This document shows positions 35,418 through 45,986 of a stretch of 64,000 bases of DNA, piece after piece. Where the stretch lies: the IMG/VR virus record IMGVR_UViG_3300037467_003067, positions 96,001 through 160,000 of that record. One strand, 5' to 3'. Each line of letters opens with the position of its first letter. The first letter of the stretch is position 1. The stretch comes from a virus. Taxonomy: Duplodnaviria; Caudoviricetes. Position numbers and translations under genes: made by a program. The notes below the pieces were generated by a model that was given only the letters and a program-made list of their open reading frames with translations, ran no database searches and had not been told where the DNA came from.

Positions 35418-36680
35418 ATGATTAGTACGGCTCAGCAGCAACTCGCCGATGCCTACCCTTATGCTAACATTGATCCGGAAAGCTGGGAGCGACTTCAGTA
35501 TCCTCAGAGCCTTCTCCAGGTTTCCCTCCCCATAAGACACGACGATGGTACTCTGAAAGTCTATAAAGCCTATCGATGCCAGTATGATTCTACTCTAGGT
35601 CCTACCAAAGGCGGTATTCGGTTTCACCCAAGCGTAAGTCGTGATTTGGTCACGGCACTGGCGTTTTGGATGACCTTTAAATGTGCTTGTGTCAAGATTC
35701 CTTATGGTGGTGCCAAGGGCGGTGTCTGTATCGATGCGACCAAACTCTCGCACCGAGAATTGGAGCGACTCAGCAAGGCATATGTTGAAGCGTATGCTGA
35801 TTACATCGGTCCCGACACAGACATTCCGGCTCCCGACATGTACACTGACGAGCGGGTCATGGGGTGGATGTATCAGCAATATCGCAAGATACATGGCGGG
35901 CATCCTCGCGACGTTGTGACGGGCAAACCAGCCGCCCTCGGCGGCATTGAGGGAAGAAGCTCTGCAACAGGATATGGAGGATTTTATGTGCTACAGTATA
36001 TCCTGGATAATCACGCGGCGGATTTCGGTTTGGGGACTTCCGGCACGACTGGAAAATCAATCGCGATCCAGGGATTTGGCAAGGTAGGTTATTGGCTTGC
36101 CGAGAAATGCTTCAAAGAAGGCATGCGAGTTGTTGCGATCAGCAATGAATTCGGCGCTACCTATGACCCCAATGGACTTGATCCAATCATCTGCAAGACT
36201 TCCATGTATGAGTCGCAAGGCAAGGACTGGGGAACGGGAACTCCGATTTCCAATGAGGAACTCTTGGGTCTCAAGGTGGATGTCCTGGCACCAGCGGCAG
36301 TCGAGAATGTGATCACAAGTAAGGTAGCGTCGAACATTCAGGCTAAATTGGTCTTGGAACTTGCGAATGGACCCACGACATTGGAAGGTGACAAAATCTT
36401 GCGAGATAGAAATATTTCTGTAGTTCCCGACATTCTCGCCAATGCCGGTGGCGTGATCGTTAGTTATTTCGAGTGGCTCCAGAATCGCCATGCCGAAGAA
36501 TGGACTGAAGCCATGGTCGATACCGGACTTCGAGATAAGATTGTCAATGCCACATCGAAGACCATCAAGCGAACTCTCCAGCATAATATTTCCATTCGTA
36601 CGGCAGCTTATGCCTTGGCACTCAAGCGAATTGGCGAGGCAAATGAGAGCCTGGGAACCAAAGACTATTTTGCTCACTGA
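35418..36680 (+). CDS. gdhA: Glu/Leu/Phe/Val (glutamate) dehydrogenase
   Basis: GPTKGGIRFHP, GGAKGG, DIPAPD, VTGKP, ATGYG, QGFGKVG, ELANGPTT, PDILANAGGV.VSYFEW. Confidence 0.92.
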   Translation: MISTAQQQLADAYPYANIDPESWERLQYPQSLLQVSLPIRHDDGTLKVYKAYRCQYDSTLGPTKGGIRFHPSVSRDLVTALAFWMTFKCACVKIPYGGAKGGVCIDATKLSHRELERLSKAYVEAYADYIGPDTDIPAPDMYTDERVMGWMYQQYRKIHGGHPRDVVTGKPAALGGIEGRSSATGYGGFYVLQYILDNHAADFGLGTSGTTGKSIAIQGFGKVGYWLAEKCFKEGMRVVAISNEFGATYDPNGLDPIICKTSMYESQGKDWGTGTPISNEELLGLKVDVLAPAAVENVITSKVASNIQAKLVLELANGPTTLEGDKILRDRNISVVPDILANAGGVIVSYFEWLQNRHAEEWTEAMVDTGLRDKIVNATSKTIKRTLQHNISIRTAAYALALKRIGEANESLGTKDYFAH

Positions 36681-36687
36681 GGTTTAT

Positions 36688-36891
36688 GTGGAAGACTGTT
36701 ATTTCTATACCAAGCAAATTGATAGCAAGACATTTGTTGTTCCCATGTGTTTGGAGTGCGGTGATAAATATCCAAATTTGGGATGGTTCTGGGAAGGGTC
36801 GCAGAGAGGATACGGACCCTTCCTCTTCAAATGTGAAAAGTGCGATAAAATCATTTACGAACATAAAGAAGATCTAGATGAAACGAAGTAA
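36688..36891 (+). CDS. small zinc-ribbon protein
   Basis: GTG start; CLEC and CEKC. Confidence 0.5.
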   Translation: MEDCYFYTKQIDSKTFVVPMCLECGDKYPNLGWFWEGSQRGYGPFLFKCEKCDKIIYEHKEDLDETK

Positions 36892-37681
36892 GATTCGACC
36901 GGTCGTCAAGACACACGGGGGGAAAAAATATCTAAGCCCCTGGCTGATTGACCTGTTTCCACAAGAAGAATACAGCCTATATGTCGAAGCGTTTGCGGGC
37001 GGTGGCAGTGTCCTTCTCAATAAGCAACCCACCGAGCGAGAGGTGTTGAATGACATCGATTCCGATCTCATCGCGATCTGGATGGTCTTGAAGGAACGAT
37101 CATCGGCTTTCATCGAGGAACTCCGAACCTGGAGCTATACTGAAGAGAGCTTCCAGAAAGCCAAGGATATGACCCCTTCGAATCAGATGGAGAAAGCGGT
37201 CAAGGAATATGTACTTCGTCGCATGAGTCGGGGAGGGATGAAGAAGGCATTCGCATGGTCAAAGCGATTGCGTGGTGGCAAGCCTGGTGACGTCAATGCT
37301 TGGGAAACGATGCTTGACCTGTTGCCGACCATTCACCAGAGGCTTCAGAATGTCGAGATCAGGAATGAAAGTTGGGAGAAGGTATTTGAAGATTATTCAT
37401 CCTCGGAGGCGTTCTTTTATCTCGACCCTCCTTATGTCAAAAGCACAAGGCACAAATCGGCGACCAATGTTTATGATCACGAAATGACTGACAAGCAACA
37501 CGAGAAATTGTTGGATGCATGCCTGAACAGTTCAGCTAAAATCATGATCTCCGGATATCAATCTCCTCTTTATACAAGTAAACTAAAAAAGTGGCAATTT
37601 AATTACAAGACAATTGCCAATCACTCCTCGCAGACGGATCGGAAGGCAGTCAAGCTCGAATGTGTGTGGCGGAACTATTAA
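36878..37681 (+). CDS. DNA adenine methyltransferase (D12/Dam class)
   Basis: GGKKYL, YVEAFAGGGSV, NDID, FYLDPPY. Confidence 0.9.
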   Translation: MKRSKIRPVVKTHGGKKYLSPWLIDLFPQEEYSLYVEAFAGGGSVLLNKQPTEREVLNDIDSDLIAIWMVLKERSSAFIEELRTWSYTEESFQKAKDMTPSNQMEKAVKEYVLRRMSRGGMKKAFAWSKRLRGGKPGDVNAWETMLDLLPTIHQRLQNVEIRNESWEKVFEDYSSSEAFFYLDPPYVKSTRHKSATNVYDHEMTDKQHEKLLDACLNSSAKIMISGYQSPLYTSKLKKWQFNYKTIANHSSQTDRKAVKLECVWRNY

Positions 37682-37723
37682 TGTCGCATTGGTTGTGAAA
37701 TACGACTAATCTCTCTAAATAAA

Positions 37724-38056
37724 GTGGTACATTTTATGGAGAATAATCGAATGGCACAGATTAATGACAGCCAACCCACTCATCCCGTCATCACTTTCCA
37801 AGTTGATTTGTCCGCGCTAAATCAATATAGCCATCTTACTCCAGGACAGTATCAGGATAGCCCTGACCGGGGTAGGACCTATACCGAGAATCAAGCAACC
37901 ACTCGTGTTACCTGGTTTCCTGGATTGTTGGTAGGTGAAAACAGAGAACTCAAGCATGGTGACACGTTTATTCTTTATGGAGCCAAGGCTCAATACTACC
38001 GGGCTGAGATTGCCAAGGGAAACTTTCCCGAATTGAAAATCGTTAGCGCGAGCTAA
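37724..38056 (+). CDS. hypothetical protein
   Basis: 110 aa, TAAATA upstream; start uncertain. Confidence 0.6.
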   Translation: MVHFMENNRMAQINDSQPTHPVITFQVDLSALNQYSHLTPGQYQDSPDRGRTYTENQATTRVTWFPGLLVGENRELKHGDTFILYGAKAQYYRAEIAKGNFPELKIVSAS

Positions 38057-38068
38057 AGAAAGGTTGAA

Positions 38069-38422
38069 ATGTTGACTTTTTTGAAACTTTGGGAATTGAT
38101 GCAGTCTCAGGATGATTCGCCGCTTAATTCGAGCGGCGAATCATCGAATGCGATGCATGCGATCCGCGCCGGGATGAACTTGCAAGGTGAAAATTCGAAT
38201 CGGTCTTTCTGGGATGATTTCCTCAAGCTTTGCAACAATACTGAGGGGATGTCTGAATTGCTTGATGTTCGTCCCGACCAAATTGCTAAATGGACCACAA
38301 AGATCAGAAATATGGTTCAGCAAGTCGAGAATGATGATCGCAATGACATCGATAAGAAGCAGGTATTGCCTACTGGCGATGGCTCCTTCGATAACACCAA
38401 TCAACCAGTAAAACCGTTTTGA
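38069..38422 (+). CDS. hypothetical, capsid-targeting-like N-terminus
   Basis: MLTFLKLWE. Confidence 0.65.
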   Translation: MLTFLKLWELMQSQDDSPLNSSGESSNAMHAIRAGMNLQGENSNRSFWDDFLKLCNNTEGMSELLDVRPDQIAKWTTKIRNMVQQVENDDRNDIDKKQVLPTGDGSFDNTNQPVKPF

Positions 38423-39369
38423 CTATGGGACAGATCATCAGAAACCATCAGGTTCGCCATCACTCAACCGGGATTGTCAAGGCTATTGATCGCGCCAGAC
38501 CGAATAGATATCCATCGACGCCTGGCGTTTCGGGAGTCAAAAGAGTTGTGGAGCCACCGAAATATAAACCAGTGGTTGGACCCAATGTATTGTTCACGGG
38601 TGGCATCGGCGACTTTTTCGCCATCGAAAGTTTCATGACTAATGCCCAAAGGAATGCCATTAAGCATGTCTTCTTGGCGACACGCGCTCAAAAAGCAATT
38701 CAATCAATTCTGGAAGCATCGCCGATTTTCCCTAAATTACAAAGGGTCACAGTCCTACATCACGATTGGTCTAAGATATTCTGTGTTGTTTCTTACGAGC
38801 ATCTCAGATCGTTGTCAAAGAGCGAGAAGTGGAATATTGATTTTTCTATCGTTCCAAATGACCTCATCGACAACAGCATCTATTATGTGTTTAATGAGAT
38901 AACTTCCGGCAAACGGGTCTATAACCCTTCGGCGATTTTCGATCATTGTTTTGCCGACATTTCTCGTTTTAATTTACCCGAAACTTATACATTTATCCAG
39001 CCTTATTCTCCCAACGATCGCCAAGGTGGTCGTCGGGATTTCACGGATGAAGACTGGAAGATTACTTTGAAAAAACTGGAGTCTGCCGAGAAGAAGGGGG
39101 TTGTCGTGGTGAATTCAGATGATGAGGTGCCGACGAGTCCCTATCTGATCAATCTATCCAACCAGACCTCGGTTATTGAGGCGATCGAAATTGCCAAAAA
39201 ATGTGACAGCTTTATCGGCGTTGATAGTTGTTTTGCGGGATTGGTGAGCAAGTTCCTTCCAGCATCTAGCATGATCATCAAAACAGTTAATCAGCATTAC
39301 TTGAATTATTTAAAAGTCTATTGCTCACCTCACACCACTTTTGATTTTGTTCACTCCAATATTGTTTAA
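38419..39369 (+). CDS. GT9-like glycosyltransferase
   Basis: TGGIGDFFAIES...LATRA...INLSNQTS...FIGVDS; paralog of the 22853 C-terminal domain. Confidence 0.7.
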   Translation: MTMGQIIRNHQVRHHSTGIVKAIDRARPNRYPSTPGVSGVKRVVEPPKYKPVVGPNVLFTGGIGDFFAIESFMTNAQRNAIKHVFLATRAQKAIQSILEASPIFPKLQRVTVLHHDWSKIFCVVSYEHLRSLSKSEKWNIDFSIVPNDLIDNSIYYVFNEITSGKRVYNPSAIFDHCFADISRFNLPETYTFIQPYSPNDRQGGRRDFTDEDWKITLKKLESAEKKGVVVVNSDDEVPTSPYLINLSNQTSVIEAIEIAKKCDSFIGVDSCFAGLVSKFLPASSMIIKTVNQHYLNYLKVYCSPHTTFDFVHSNIV

Positions 39370-39371
39370 AT

Positions 39372-40283
39372 TTAGAAAAACTTGGCGAGGAATTCGGCAA
39401 TCCTGGGGCAATCGAGCGAAGAGTATTCGAAATCGGCAGGGCAATTGTTACCGTGCGTTCTGAACGACGTGATCAGGGTGTTCTCCCTGTTAACCCCTTC
39501 TTTATACATCGGGTCCAAAGATCGCCAATGATTATCCAGGAACGGCATGGGTAGTACGCATACAGTTGGTCGATGATGATGCCAAGACAACAAGACCAAA
39601 GAAGAATGGCAGCCGATGAATGCGTTACATCGTCGAATCAGGTGATATGTAAAACGAATACCAACTCGATCGATCAGGTTGACTACTGATGGATCGGATG
39701 TATCACATTTCTGAGTTCGTTCGCAGCAGACTCTAGGAGCATTGCTTCCTACGATCACCTTTTTCCCCGGCAGGTTTTTAGCCATATTGGTCAAGCTTTT
39801 CTGGTCAAAAGCGTCCCGATCCGACAATCCTGCAAAAGGCTGGATTACGATAACGGGTTCGGTGGTGTCGAAGATTTTACTGAGGTCATCCTGTTCCTTG
39901 GAGGAAAGATTGAAAACAGGCTCGGCATCGGGGAAGTTATCATGAGGAAGCGTAGAACCTGGTTTCATGTCGGCGGGGATTAGCGTTAGGTCGAAATTCT
40001 CGTATCCTTTGTGCTGGGGTAACTGGACGATCTGGACATGGCGGTTTACCACGGGATGATGCCAGAAGAGGTCTTCGATTCCGTTATTATGAACTTGGGA
40101 ATAAACATGAACCTCTATGTCTGGATTTGCTTCTTTGATGAGCGGAAGTTTACGAAAGAGGGGAGACCGAATGTAATGCATCACGGCATCTCCGAGTCCC
40201 CCGCCCAATATGAAGAAATACTTGTTATTCATTTTAGATTTAATCGACTTATATCTTCTGGTAATATTTTTGACCACGTTCAT
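39372..40283 (-). CDS. GT9-like glycosyltransferase
   Basis: GGGLGDA, VIQPFAG, VNLID, FIGCHSS. Confidence 0.65.
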   Translation of the reverse strand: MNVVKNITRRYKSIKSKMNNKYFFILGGGLGDAVMHYIRSPLFRKLPLIKEANPDIEVHVYSQVHNNGIEDLFWHHPVVNRHVQIVQLPQHKGYENFDLTLIPADMKPGSTLPHDNFPDAEPVFNLSSKEQDDLSKIFDTTEPVIVIQPFAGLSDRDAFDQKSLTNMAKNLPGKKVIVGSNAPRVCCERTQKCDTSDPSVVNLIDRVGIRFTYHLIRRCNAFIGCHSSLVLLSWHHHRPTVCVLPMPFLDNHWRSLDPMYKEGVNRENTLITSFRTHGNNCPADFEYSSLDCPRIAEFLAKFF

Positions 40284-40848
40284 TCATGACGACAAAAGAT
40301 TCCTTCAATCCTTCGGGGTTGAAACGGTTGATCGCTTGTCCGACATCCCAAAAAGTACAATCATCCACGATCATGATTCCACCAGGATTCAGGATATTCC
40401 ATGCACCGAGCATGTCTTTCAAAGCACCTTCGACAGAGTGATTGCCATCAACATGGATCAGATCGTAGGTCTGCTTATTGACCTCTTCGGGGAAACCATT
40501 CTCCACGGTGTTGACCTTGAAAATATTGACGGAACAATCAGGAAAAAACTTGGCAAAGAATGATTTGGCTTTTTCATTTGATCCTGGAATGTAGCCTTCA
40601 TCATCGAGTCCTGTATAGCTGACATCTTTGACGCCATTCAACCCAGCGCCATAGACCAAAGCCATCCCGGAATAGCCGAATCGTACGCCGATTTCTAAAA
40701 TTGACTTAGGCTTGTATTTAAATCCGGCTTTAACATAGTCAGCGTAATAAGTATTGACACCGAAATCGGACTTGAAATTGTCCCATTGGTGAAACCCATG
40801 AGCCGCTTCGGTTTCAGTGATAAATTTCAGATAATTAGAAAAATCCAT
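40249..40848 (-). CDS. class I SAM methyltransferase (Methyltransf_24-like)
   Basis: ILEIGVRFGYS, DLIHVDGNHS, LNPGGIMIVDD; AAGGAG SD. Confidence 0.8.
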   Translation of the reverse strand: MDFSNYLKFITETEAAHGFHQWDNFKSDFGVNTYYADYVKAGFKYKPKSILEIGVRFGYSGMALVYGAGLNGVKDVSYTGLDDEGYIPGSNEKAKSFFAKFFPDCSVNIFKVNTVENGFPEEVNKQTYDLIHVDGNHSVEGALKDMLGAWNILNPGGIMIVDDCTFWDVGQAINRFNPEGLKESFVVMNERGQKYYQKI

Positions 40849-40902
40849 ATTAGTCTCCTTACTTAATATAGAAACTAAGTATCTTTTTATGGTGGAAAAA
40901 TT

Positions 40903-41502
40903 ATGCGTTATACCGGAACTTACATGCCCTGTAGTTGGGCGGCTAAGAAGCGAAGAATTGAGGAGAGATTCTTCGAAAAATATTGTCAAGGCAGAGGGAT
41001 CGACATCGGAGCCGGGTGTGATCCCGTAACCCCGACTGTGGAGACTTGGGACCAGGATCACGGGCAAGGAGATGCGACTTTCATGGAAGGAGTTCAGCCA
41101 GAATCCTATGATTTCGTTTATTCGTCCCACTGCCTGGAACACATCCCTGAAATGGAACTGGCATTGAAGAATTGGTGGAATTTGGTCAAACCGGGCGGTT
41201 ATTTGATCATCGTAGTTCCCCATCGCAATCTCTACGAGCAGAAGCGAACGTTGCCTTCGGCATTCAATGCCGGTCATGTTCGTTTCTTCCTGATTGATCG
41301 CGACGAGTCGCCGGATACTATTGGACTGGTCCCGTTGCTGGGTCGGGTCTTGGAAGATGGGGATTTGATTCATGCCAAGAAGTGCGATTCATTGGTCCAA
41401 GTAGGAGACAAGGTCGAACCTGAGTTCTCGATCGAAGTGGTTATTCGCAAGATCATGCCCAAAGATTTGATCAATTATAGATGGCATGAGCCTAAATCTT
41501 GA
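40903..41502 (+). CDS. class I SAM methyltransferase (Methyltransf_11-like)
   Basis: GIDIGAG, YDFVYSSHCLEH, VKPGGYLII.VP. Confidence 0.85.
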   Translation: MRYTGTYMPCSWAAKKRRIEERFFEKYCQGRGIDIGAGCDPVTPTVETWDQDHGQGDATFMEGVQPESYDFVYSSHCLEHIPEMELALKNWWNLVKPGGYLIIVVPHRNLYEQKRTLPSAFNAGHVRFFLIDRDESPDTIGLVPLLGRVLEDGDLIHAKKCDSLVQVGDKVEPEFSIEVVIRKIMPKDLINYRWHEPKS

Positions 41503-41560
41503 AACAATTTATGGCACGAATATATACATTGTTCGATATAATACCCGAGGAGGTGCGGCA

Positions 41561-42487
41561 ATGATGTTGAAACGAAATCCAAAATGTTCGTTGTTGCCAT
41601 ATGAAAGAACTGATATTCTTTCAATGCAAGACGCAGAACAGAAAGCCGGATGGATGATCACGGCATTCAATTTGCCCAACGCATGGGCATCGACTCAGGG
41701 AGAAGGCGTCAAGGTTGCGGTGCTTGATACGGGGGTCCAGCTAGACCATCCGGACTTGAGAAATAACCTGTTGCCTGGAGTTAACATCGTCAATTCGACT
41801 CTTCCGCCCATTGATGATGCTTCCCATGGCACGCATTGCGCCGGGATCATTGCTGCTGAAAACAATGATATCGGAATGGTCGGTGTTGCCCCTAAGGCGC
41901 AGATCATCCCGATCAAGGTCTTGGATGGGAATGGGAATGGCACGTTAGCGGATGTGGCTAAGGGAATTACGGCGGCTCTGTCGTTGGGCGCGGATATTAT
42001 CACGATGTCGCTGGGATCTCCAACGCCGATGCCACAACTCCACAAGGTCATTCAGGTCGCCAACAGGAAAGGTGTGCCGATTTTCGTGGCTGCTGGAAAT
42101 GCGGGAAGGACACAGGATGTATTCTATCCTTCGGCTTATCCCGAGACCATTTCCGTAGGTGCTATCGACAAGGATTTCCGTCGTGCTAACTTCAGTAACA
42201 CAGGACGTAACCTAGATTTCATGGCACCTGGGGTTGACATATTCTCAACCGTTCCGACCAATTGGTATGCCATGATGTCCGGAACTTCGATGGCAACTCC
42301 GTTCGTTGCCGGGATCGCGGCATTGCTTTTGTCGGCTGCGAGAAAATACAACAAGCCCCTGACCTCCGCTGATGACTATCGGGAAAAACTGCGTGAGCAT
42401 TGCGTCCCGATTCAGGGCGAAGGTGCAGGGGATGAGTTTTTCCAAGGTCTCGGAATCATTTCCGTTAAAGACCTATTTATCAACTAA
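41561..42487 (+). CDS. subtilisin-like S8 serine protease
   Basis: VAVLDTG, HGTHCAG, AAGN, SGTSMATP; GAGGAGGT SD. Confidence 0.92.
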   Translation: MMLKRNPKCSLLPYERTDILSMQDAEQKAGWMITAFNLPNAWASTQGEGVKVAVLDTGVQLDHPDLRNNLLPGVNIVNSTLPPIDDASHGTHCAGIIAAENNDIGMVGVAPKAQIIPIKVLDGNGNGTLADVAKGITAALSLGADIITMSLGSPTPMPQLHKVIQVANRKGVPIFVAAGNAGRTQDVFYPSAYPETISVGAIDKDFRRANFSNTGRNLDFMAPGVDIFSTVPTNWYAMMSGTSMATPFVAGIAALLLSAARKYNKPLTSADDYREKLREHCVPIQGEGAGDEFFQGLGIISVKDLFIN

Positions 42488-42494
42488 AAATTCT

Positions 42495-43061
42495 TCAAGA
42501 ACGTGGCAAGGCATCTTCGATTTGTTTAATCATATCTCGGTACTTTGCCGCGTTCTCGTAATCTTCGGCTCTGATCGCCTCTTCCATTGCCCGGTTTAGC
42601 GAGATCAATCGTTCTTGTGAAGCACGTAGCGAAACGTTCTTCAGAGAGGGCGATTTGCCGTTGTGAACATTGCCAGCCTGGTATTTGTCCAAGAGCGGCT
42701 GAAGTTCGTCTCGGAAGGTGTTGTAGCATTGGTCACATCCGAGTCGACCTGCGTTGCGAATGGCTTGATAGGTCGAGCCGCAACCGGGACACGTCTTGTC
42801 GTTGCTGGCAATTGGTGACTGTTCGACGAAACCGAAGACTTTGTTGATAAAGTCCTCGCCCGAGAGAACAACCGGGACGTAGGACGATAAGGATTTGATC
42901 GCTGCGAGATTGTTGCGTCCCTGAATGAGAAGACAGGCACAGTCACGGCAACAAGAGGTCGTCTGTGCCTTGTTGCCTTGCTGTTCTGTAATGGTGTATG
43001 TAACCGGCTTGCCACATACATTTCCAGTCACGGGACAAATACTCGACTTAGACATCGGCAA
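42495..43061 (-). CDS. mcsA: McsA-like zinc-finger/UVR-domain protein
   Basis: CPGCGSTY...GRLGCDQCYNTF...H.GK.P; C-term EAIRAEDYENAAKYRDMIK (UVR). Confidence 0.75.
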   Translation of the reverse strand: MPMSKSSICPVTGNVCGKPVTYTITEQQGNKAQTTSCCRDCACLLIQGRNNLAAIKSLSSYVPVVLSGEDFINKVFGFVEQSPIASNDKTCPGCGSTYQAIRNAGRLGCDQCYNTFRDELQPLLDKYQAGNVHNGKSPSLKNVSLRASQERLISLNRAMEEAIRAEDYENAAKYRDMIKQIEDALPRS

Positions 43062-43224
43062 TCTCCGATAAAAGATAGGGCTGCCTGAGAAATTAGGCTT
43101 TCCCTGAAAATCTTTTTTGGTAACTGAAATTGAGTCATAAGGATAATTACGCTCAGCCCTAGATCAGTAGACAATATCCTAATTGATTTTAATTTTTCAA
43201 GCAAGGTCAATCCTCGATTTAGAG

Positions 43225-45618
43225 TTAGTTGATGATGACTGTGTAGAATTCTTTTGCCGGGTCGGCGACTACGCCGTGGAGGTTGGTAAACTGAAAAACG
43301 ATGACGGCTCCGATGGTCGCATCATTATTAATCGTAACTCCCGTATTCCAGAACGAAGTTCCGCAATTAAATGTGAAGTGCTGTGGTTCTGTACTAGTTG
43401 TGTAGTCGCCGACAGGAGGATCGCCTTCCACGGCGGTTTGTCCTGGACCCCCCGTGATAACATCCACCGAACCGCTACAGATGGCACTGCTGTATTCGCC
43501 GTCGCGGACGATATTGAAAAAGATCGGGAAAGTGGTTCCGGGAGGAGCATAGACGCCTTTGGATTGATCCGAAGGGTCGATCTGTGTCAAAGCAGGATAT
43601 CCGGACCAGCCAACTTGGTGCCATTCGGGATGGTCAGCAGGCGGGAATGGGATGTCCTCACATGGCATACAAGCATTGGTGTACTCAGCACAACCGCTTA
43701 TCTCTATGCCCTCTACTGGATTTGGTTCGACACAATCCAATGGCGTAAGATTAATGGTCGACGGAACCGTTTCGGGATCGCAACTGGTACTTATCAGTGT
43801 GAAAGTTGTAGGATCGTTGCAGCAATTGAAGCTGTTATCATCGACCTCCCACACCGCATTAGTATCTCCTCGGTGCATGGTGACTCGCCACAGGTTTCCT
43901 ACCGAAATGTATTCCAAAGTAACGTAATTCGGCTCAGATTCAGATTGTAGGCTTGACCAAAGTGTTTCAGCGTATCGTTGTAGGTTGAAAGTGCAGTCAT
44001 TGCAGGTAACTGTACCATCGCAATTCGCAACAGTAAAGGTCGTTGTCCAATTGTAACCGGCACAGTAACAATGTCCTGTAATTGGACCATAGGCAACGCC
44101 TGTCACAGGTGAACCGGAAAATGTATCTGGGGTTAAGGTAATCGAAAAGCCGGTATCGATTTTGCAATTATCTTGGACAATAACAATATTCGTTTCGCCT
44201 GGATTGAGTTCGTCGTCCGGAGTTGTCGGGTTGACAACTTTATTAAAAGTTGTTACTCCTGTGGATTCGTCGTAGACGCCACAAAGGAATCGTCCCGATG
44301 GCCAGACTGCCGTCAACGATGTACATCCACCGGCACAACCGCTCAAGGTCCAATCGCCAGACAATCGGTCACGCTCCAGGGTCCACGATGATATCTGAGT
44401 TTTGCCGCTAAAAAAATCATCCGTAGTACCATGCCACTTACAGTCTTCTTGACTAAATGTCATGGTGGAAGAAGAGTCCAAAAATGAACATTGGCAAGTA
44501 GGATCTTGTACAGTCTGATTAGAAATTCCATTTACGCTGAGATTATAGTATTGCCAAGGAACATTATCTTCCACGCAGCAGAAGCTTGGGCATCTTACGG
44601 GAAGCTCGCCTGCGCCGCCCATGACGATTCCACCGGTCATAGTATAGAAATGATTAGTGACGGTCACTAACGCCGTGCCGCTCACGCTGATCCCACCGGT
44701 CGTGGTATAAAGATAGTTTTGAATGATTCGCTCGGCAGGGCTACTTCCCGAGACGAGGACGCCCCCTGCCATCGCATAAAAGAGAGCATTGCTTGGGGGC
44801 GGGACCGGAGGGATCGGATTGTGAGGATGTCCAGGCAATGAGGGGTATCCCTGAAGCTTGATTGAAAAGCCGTCTAATCGCACGGAATTAGCGCCTACGG
44901 GAACGGTTCGCCTGACCCATACGGGGAATCCATCCGAGGGACGTAAATCCCCAACCAAGAAGGGTTCACTTTCCGTGGGATAAGAGTATACTAGACCTGT
45001 AGGTGGAGTCGTAGGGCTGCTAATGTGGACCGTGGTAGCGTTGACGGGTGACCCGTTTTTGATCTTCTCGACAGTGATAGCTACGCCCATCGTATTCGCA
45101 GCAACAATCAGGGGGGGATAGTATTTAGCATCTGAAAACGTCAGCGAGAATGAGGACTCGGTTGCCGTAGAGGAGGCGATGGTTTCACCGAAGAAATTGT
45201 TGATTCCGACCACGATTTGGGCAGCAACGTCACTGACTGTTCCTCGCCACTCGGCGGCAAAGGTCTGATTTTCGTAACTAAAAGCCACGACCCCCCCCGT
45301 GGGTACAGATGAGAAGCTGATTAGTTGCTGGTCGTTCTGGACAAAGAAGCCCAAATCAACATTTGCGCCACCGTCTGTTTCGCTCACGATGTACAATCGG
45401 GCATCATAAAACACATGATCCAGGCTATCATTGAAGATGTAGAAACACCGCCAATCCGTCCAGCCTGTATCCAGGACAGAATCGTCCAATTTATTGAACA
45501 GGTTATGCAATGTGCCTACGATGGGGTGAACAGATGGATCTCCTCCAAGAGATAGGTCGTGATCCCTGTTGTCGGCTCCTCCCGAGAGTACAGAGGTAAT
45601 ATCAGTAATAGAAAACAA
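43225..45618 (-). CDS. large virion structural protein, Cys-rich C-terminal half
   Basis: SLGG.PS...WRCFYIFN N-terminal domain; Y.M.GG repeats; many Cys. Confidence 0.6.
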   Translation of the reverse strand: MFSITDITSVLSGGADNRDHDLSLGGDPSVHPIVGTLHNLFNKLDDSVLDTGWTDWRCFYIFNDSLDHVFYDARLYIVSETDGGANVDLGFFVQNDQQLISFSSVPTGGVVAFSYENQTFAAEWRGTVSDVAAQIVVGINNFFGETIASSTATESSFSLTFSDAKYYPPLIVAANTMGVAITVEKIKNGSPVNATTVHISSPTTPPTGLVYSYPTESEPFLVGDLRPSDGFPVWVRRTVPVGANSVRLDGFSIKLQGYPSLPGHPHNPIPPVPPPSNALFYAMAGGVLVSGSSPAERIIQNYLYTTTGGISVSGTALVTVTNHFYTMTGGIVMGGAGELPVRCPSFCCVEDNVPWQYYNLSVNGISNQTVQDPTCQCSFLDSSSTMTFSQEDCKWHGTTDDFFSGKTQISSWTLERDRLSGDWTLSGCAGGCTSLTAVWPSGRFLCGVYDESTGVTTFNKVVNPTTPDDELNPGETNIVIVQDNCKIDTGFSITLTPDTFSGSPVTGVAYGPITGHCYCAGYNWTTTFTVANCDGTVTCNDCTFNLQRYAETLWSSLQSESEPNYVTLEYISVGNLWRVTMHRGDTNAVWEVDDNSFNCCNDPTTFTLISTSCDPETVPSTINLTPLDCVEPNPVEGIEISGCAEYTNACMPCEDIPFPPADHPEWHQVGWSGYPALTQIDPSDQSKGVYAPPGTTFPIFFNIVRDGEYSSAICSGSVDVITGGPGQTAVEGDPPVGDYTTSTEPQHFTFNCGTSFWNTGVTINNDATIGAVIVFQFTNLHGVVADPAKEFYTVIIN

Positions 45619-45629
45619 CTTAGCTATCC

Positions 45630-45947
45630 TTAATCATTCAGACGGTCATTCTTGGCATTTTTGGCTAGTATATATCTGACGTTTCTGGTAGTATAGCCTG
45701 TCAGTTGAGCAATGTGCGGTATCGAGTAGCCTGTTTCGGCATATCGCACAACGAGATGTTGATTGGTTTTGAGGCGGCACGGTTCAATATTGTTTCGACG
45801 AAGAATCCGGTAGAACTCGGGTAACGAGCAACCTGCTGCCTGTGCTATCTCAGCAACCTTCATTTGCGGGTTGCTGAGATAGAGATGGATGAGGTCGCCG
45901 TCATTAGAGTAGTGGGTTGTCGAGAAATACTGTTGAAATCCGTCCAT
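45630..45947 (-). CDS. double-HTH DNA-binding protein
   Basis: VAEIAQAAGCSLPEFYRILR and IPHIAQLTGYTTRNVRYIL; start trimmed to avoid overlap with the divergent gene. Confidence 0.65.
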   Translation of the reverse strand: MDGFQQYFSTTHYSNDGDLIHLYLSNPQMKVAEIAQAAGCSLPEFYRILRRNNIEPCRLKTNQHLVVRYAETGYSIPHIAQLTGYTTRNVRYILAKNAKNDRLND

Positions 45948-45986
45948 AACAGTATTTAGGACCGCAGCAGCATTTTTCAGGGAGGA

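Noticed and set aside
40849-41373. Extended 374-aa minus-strand ORF
   Set aside because: The extension is antisense to a clear MTase; the real start is 40848 with an AAGGAG SD.
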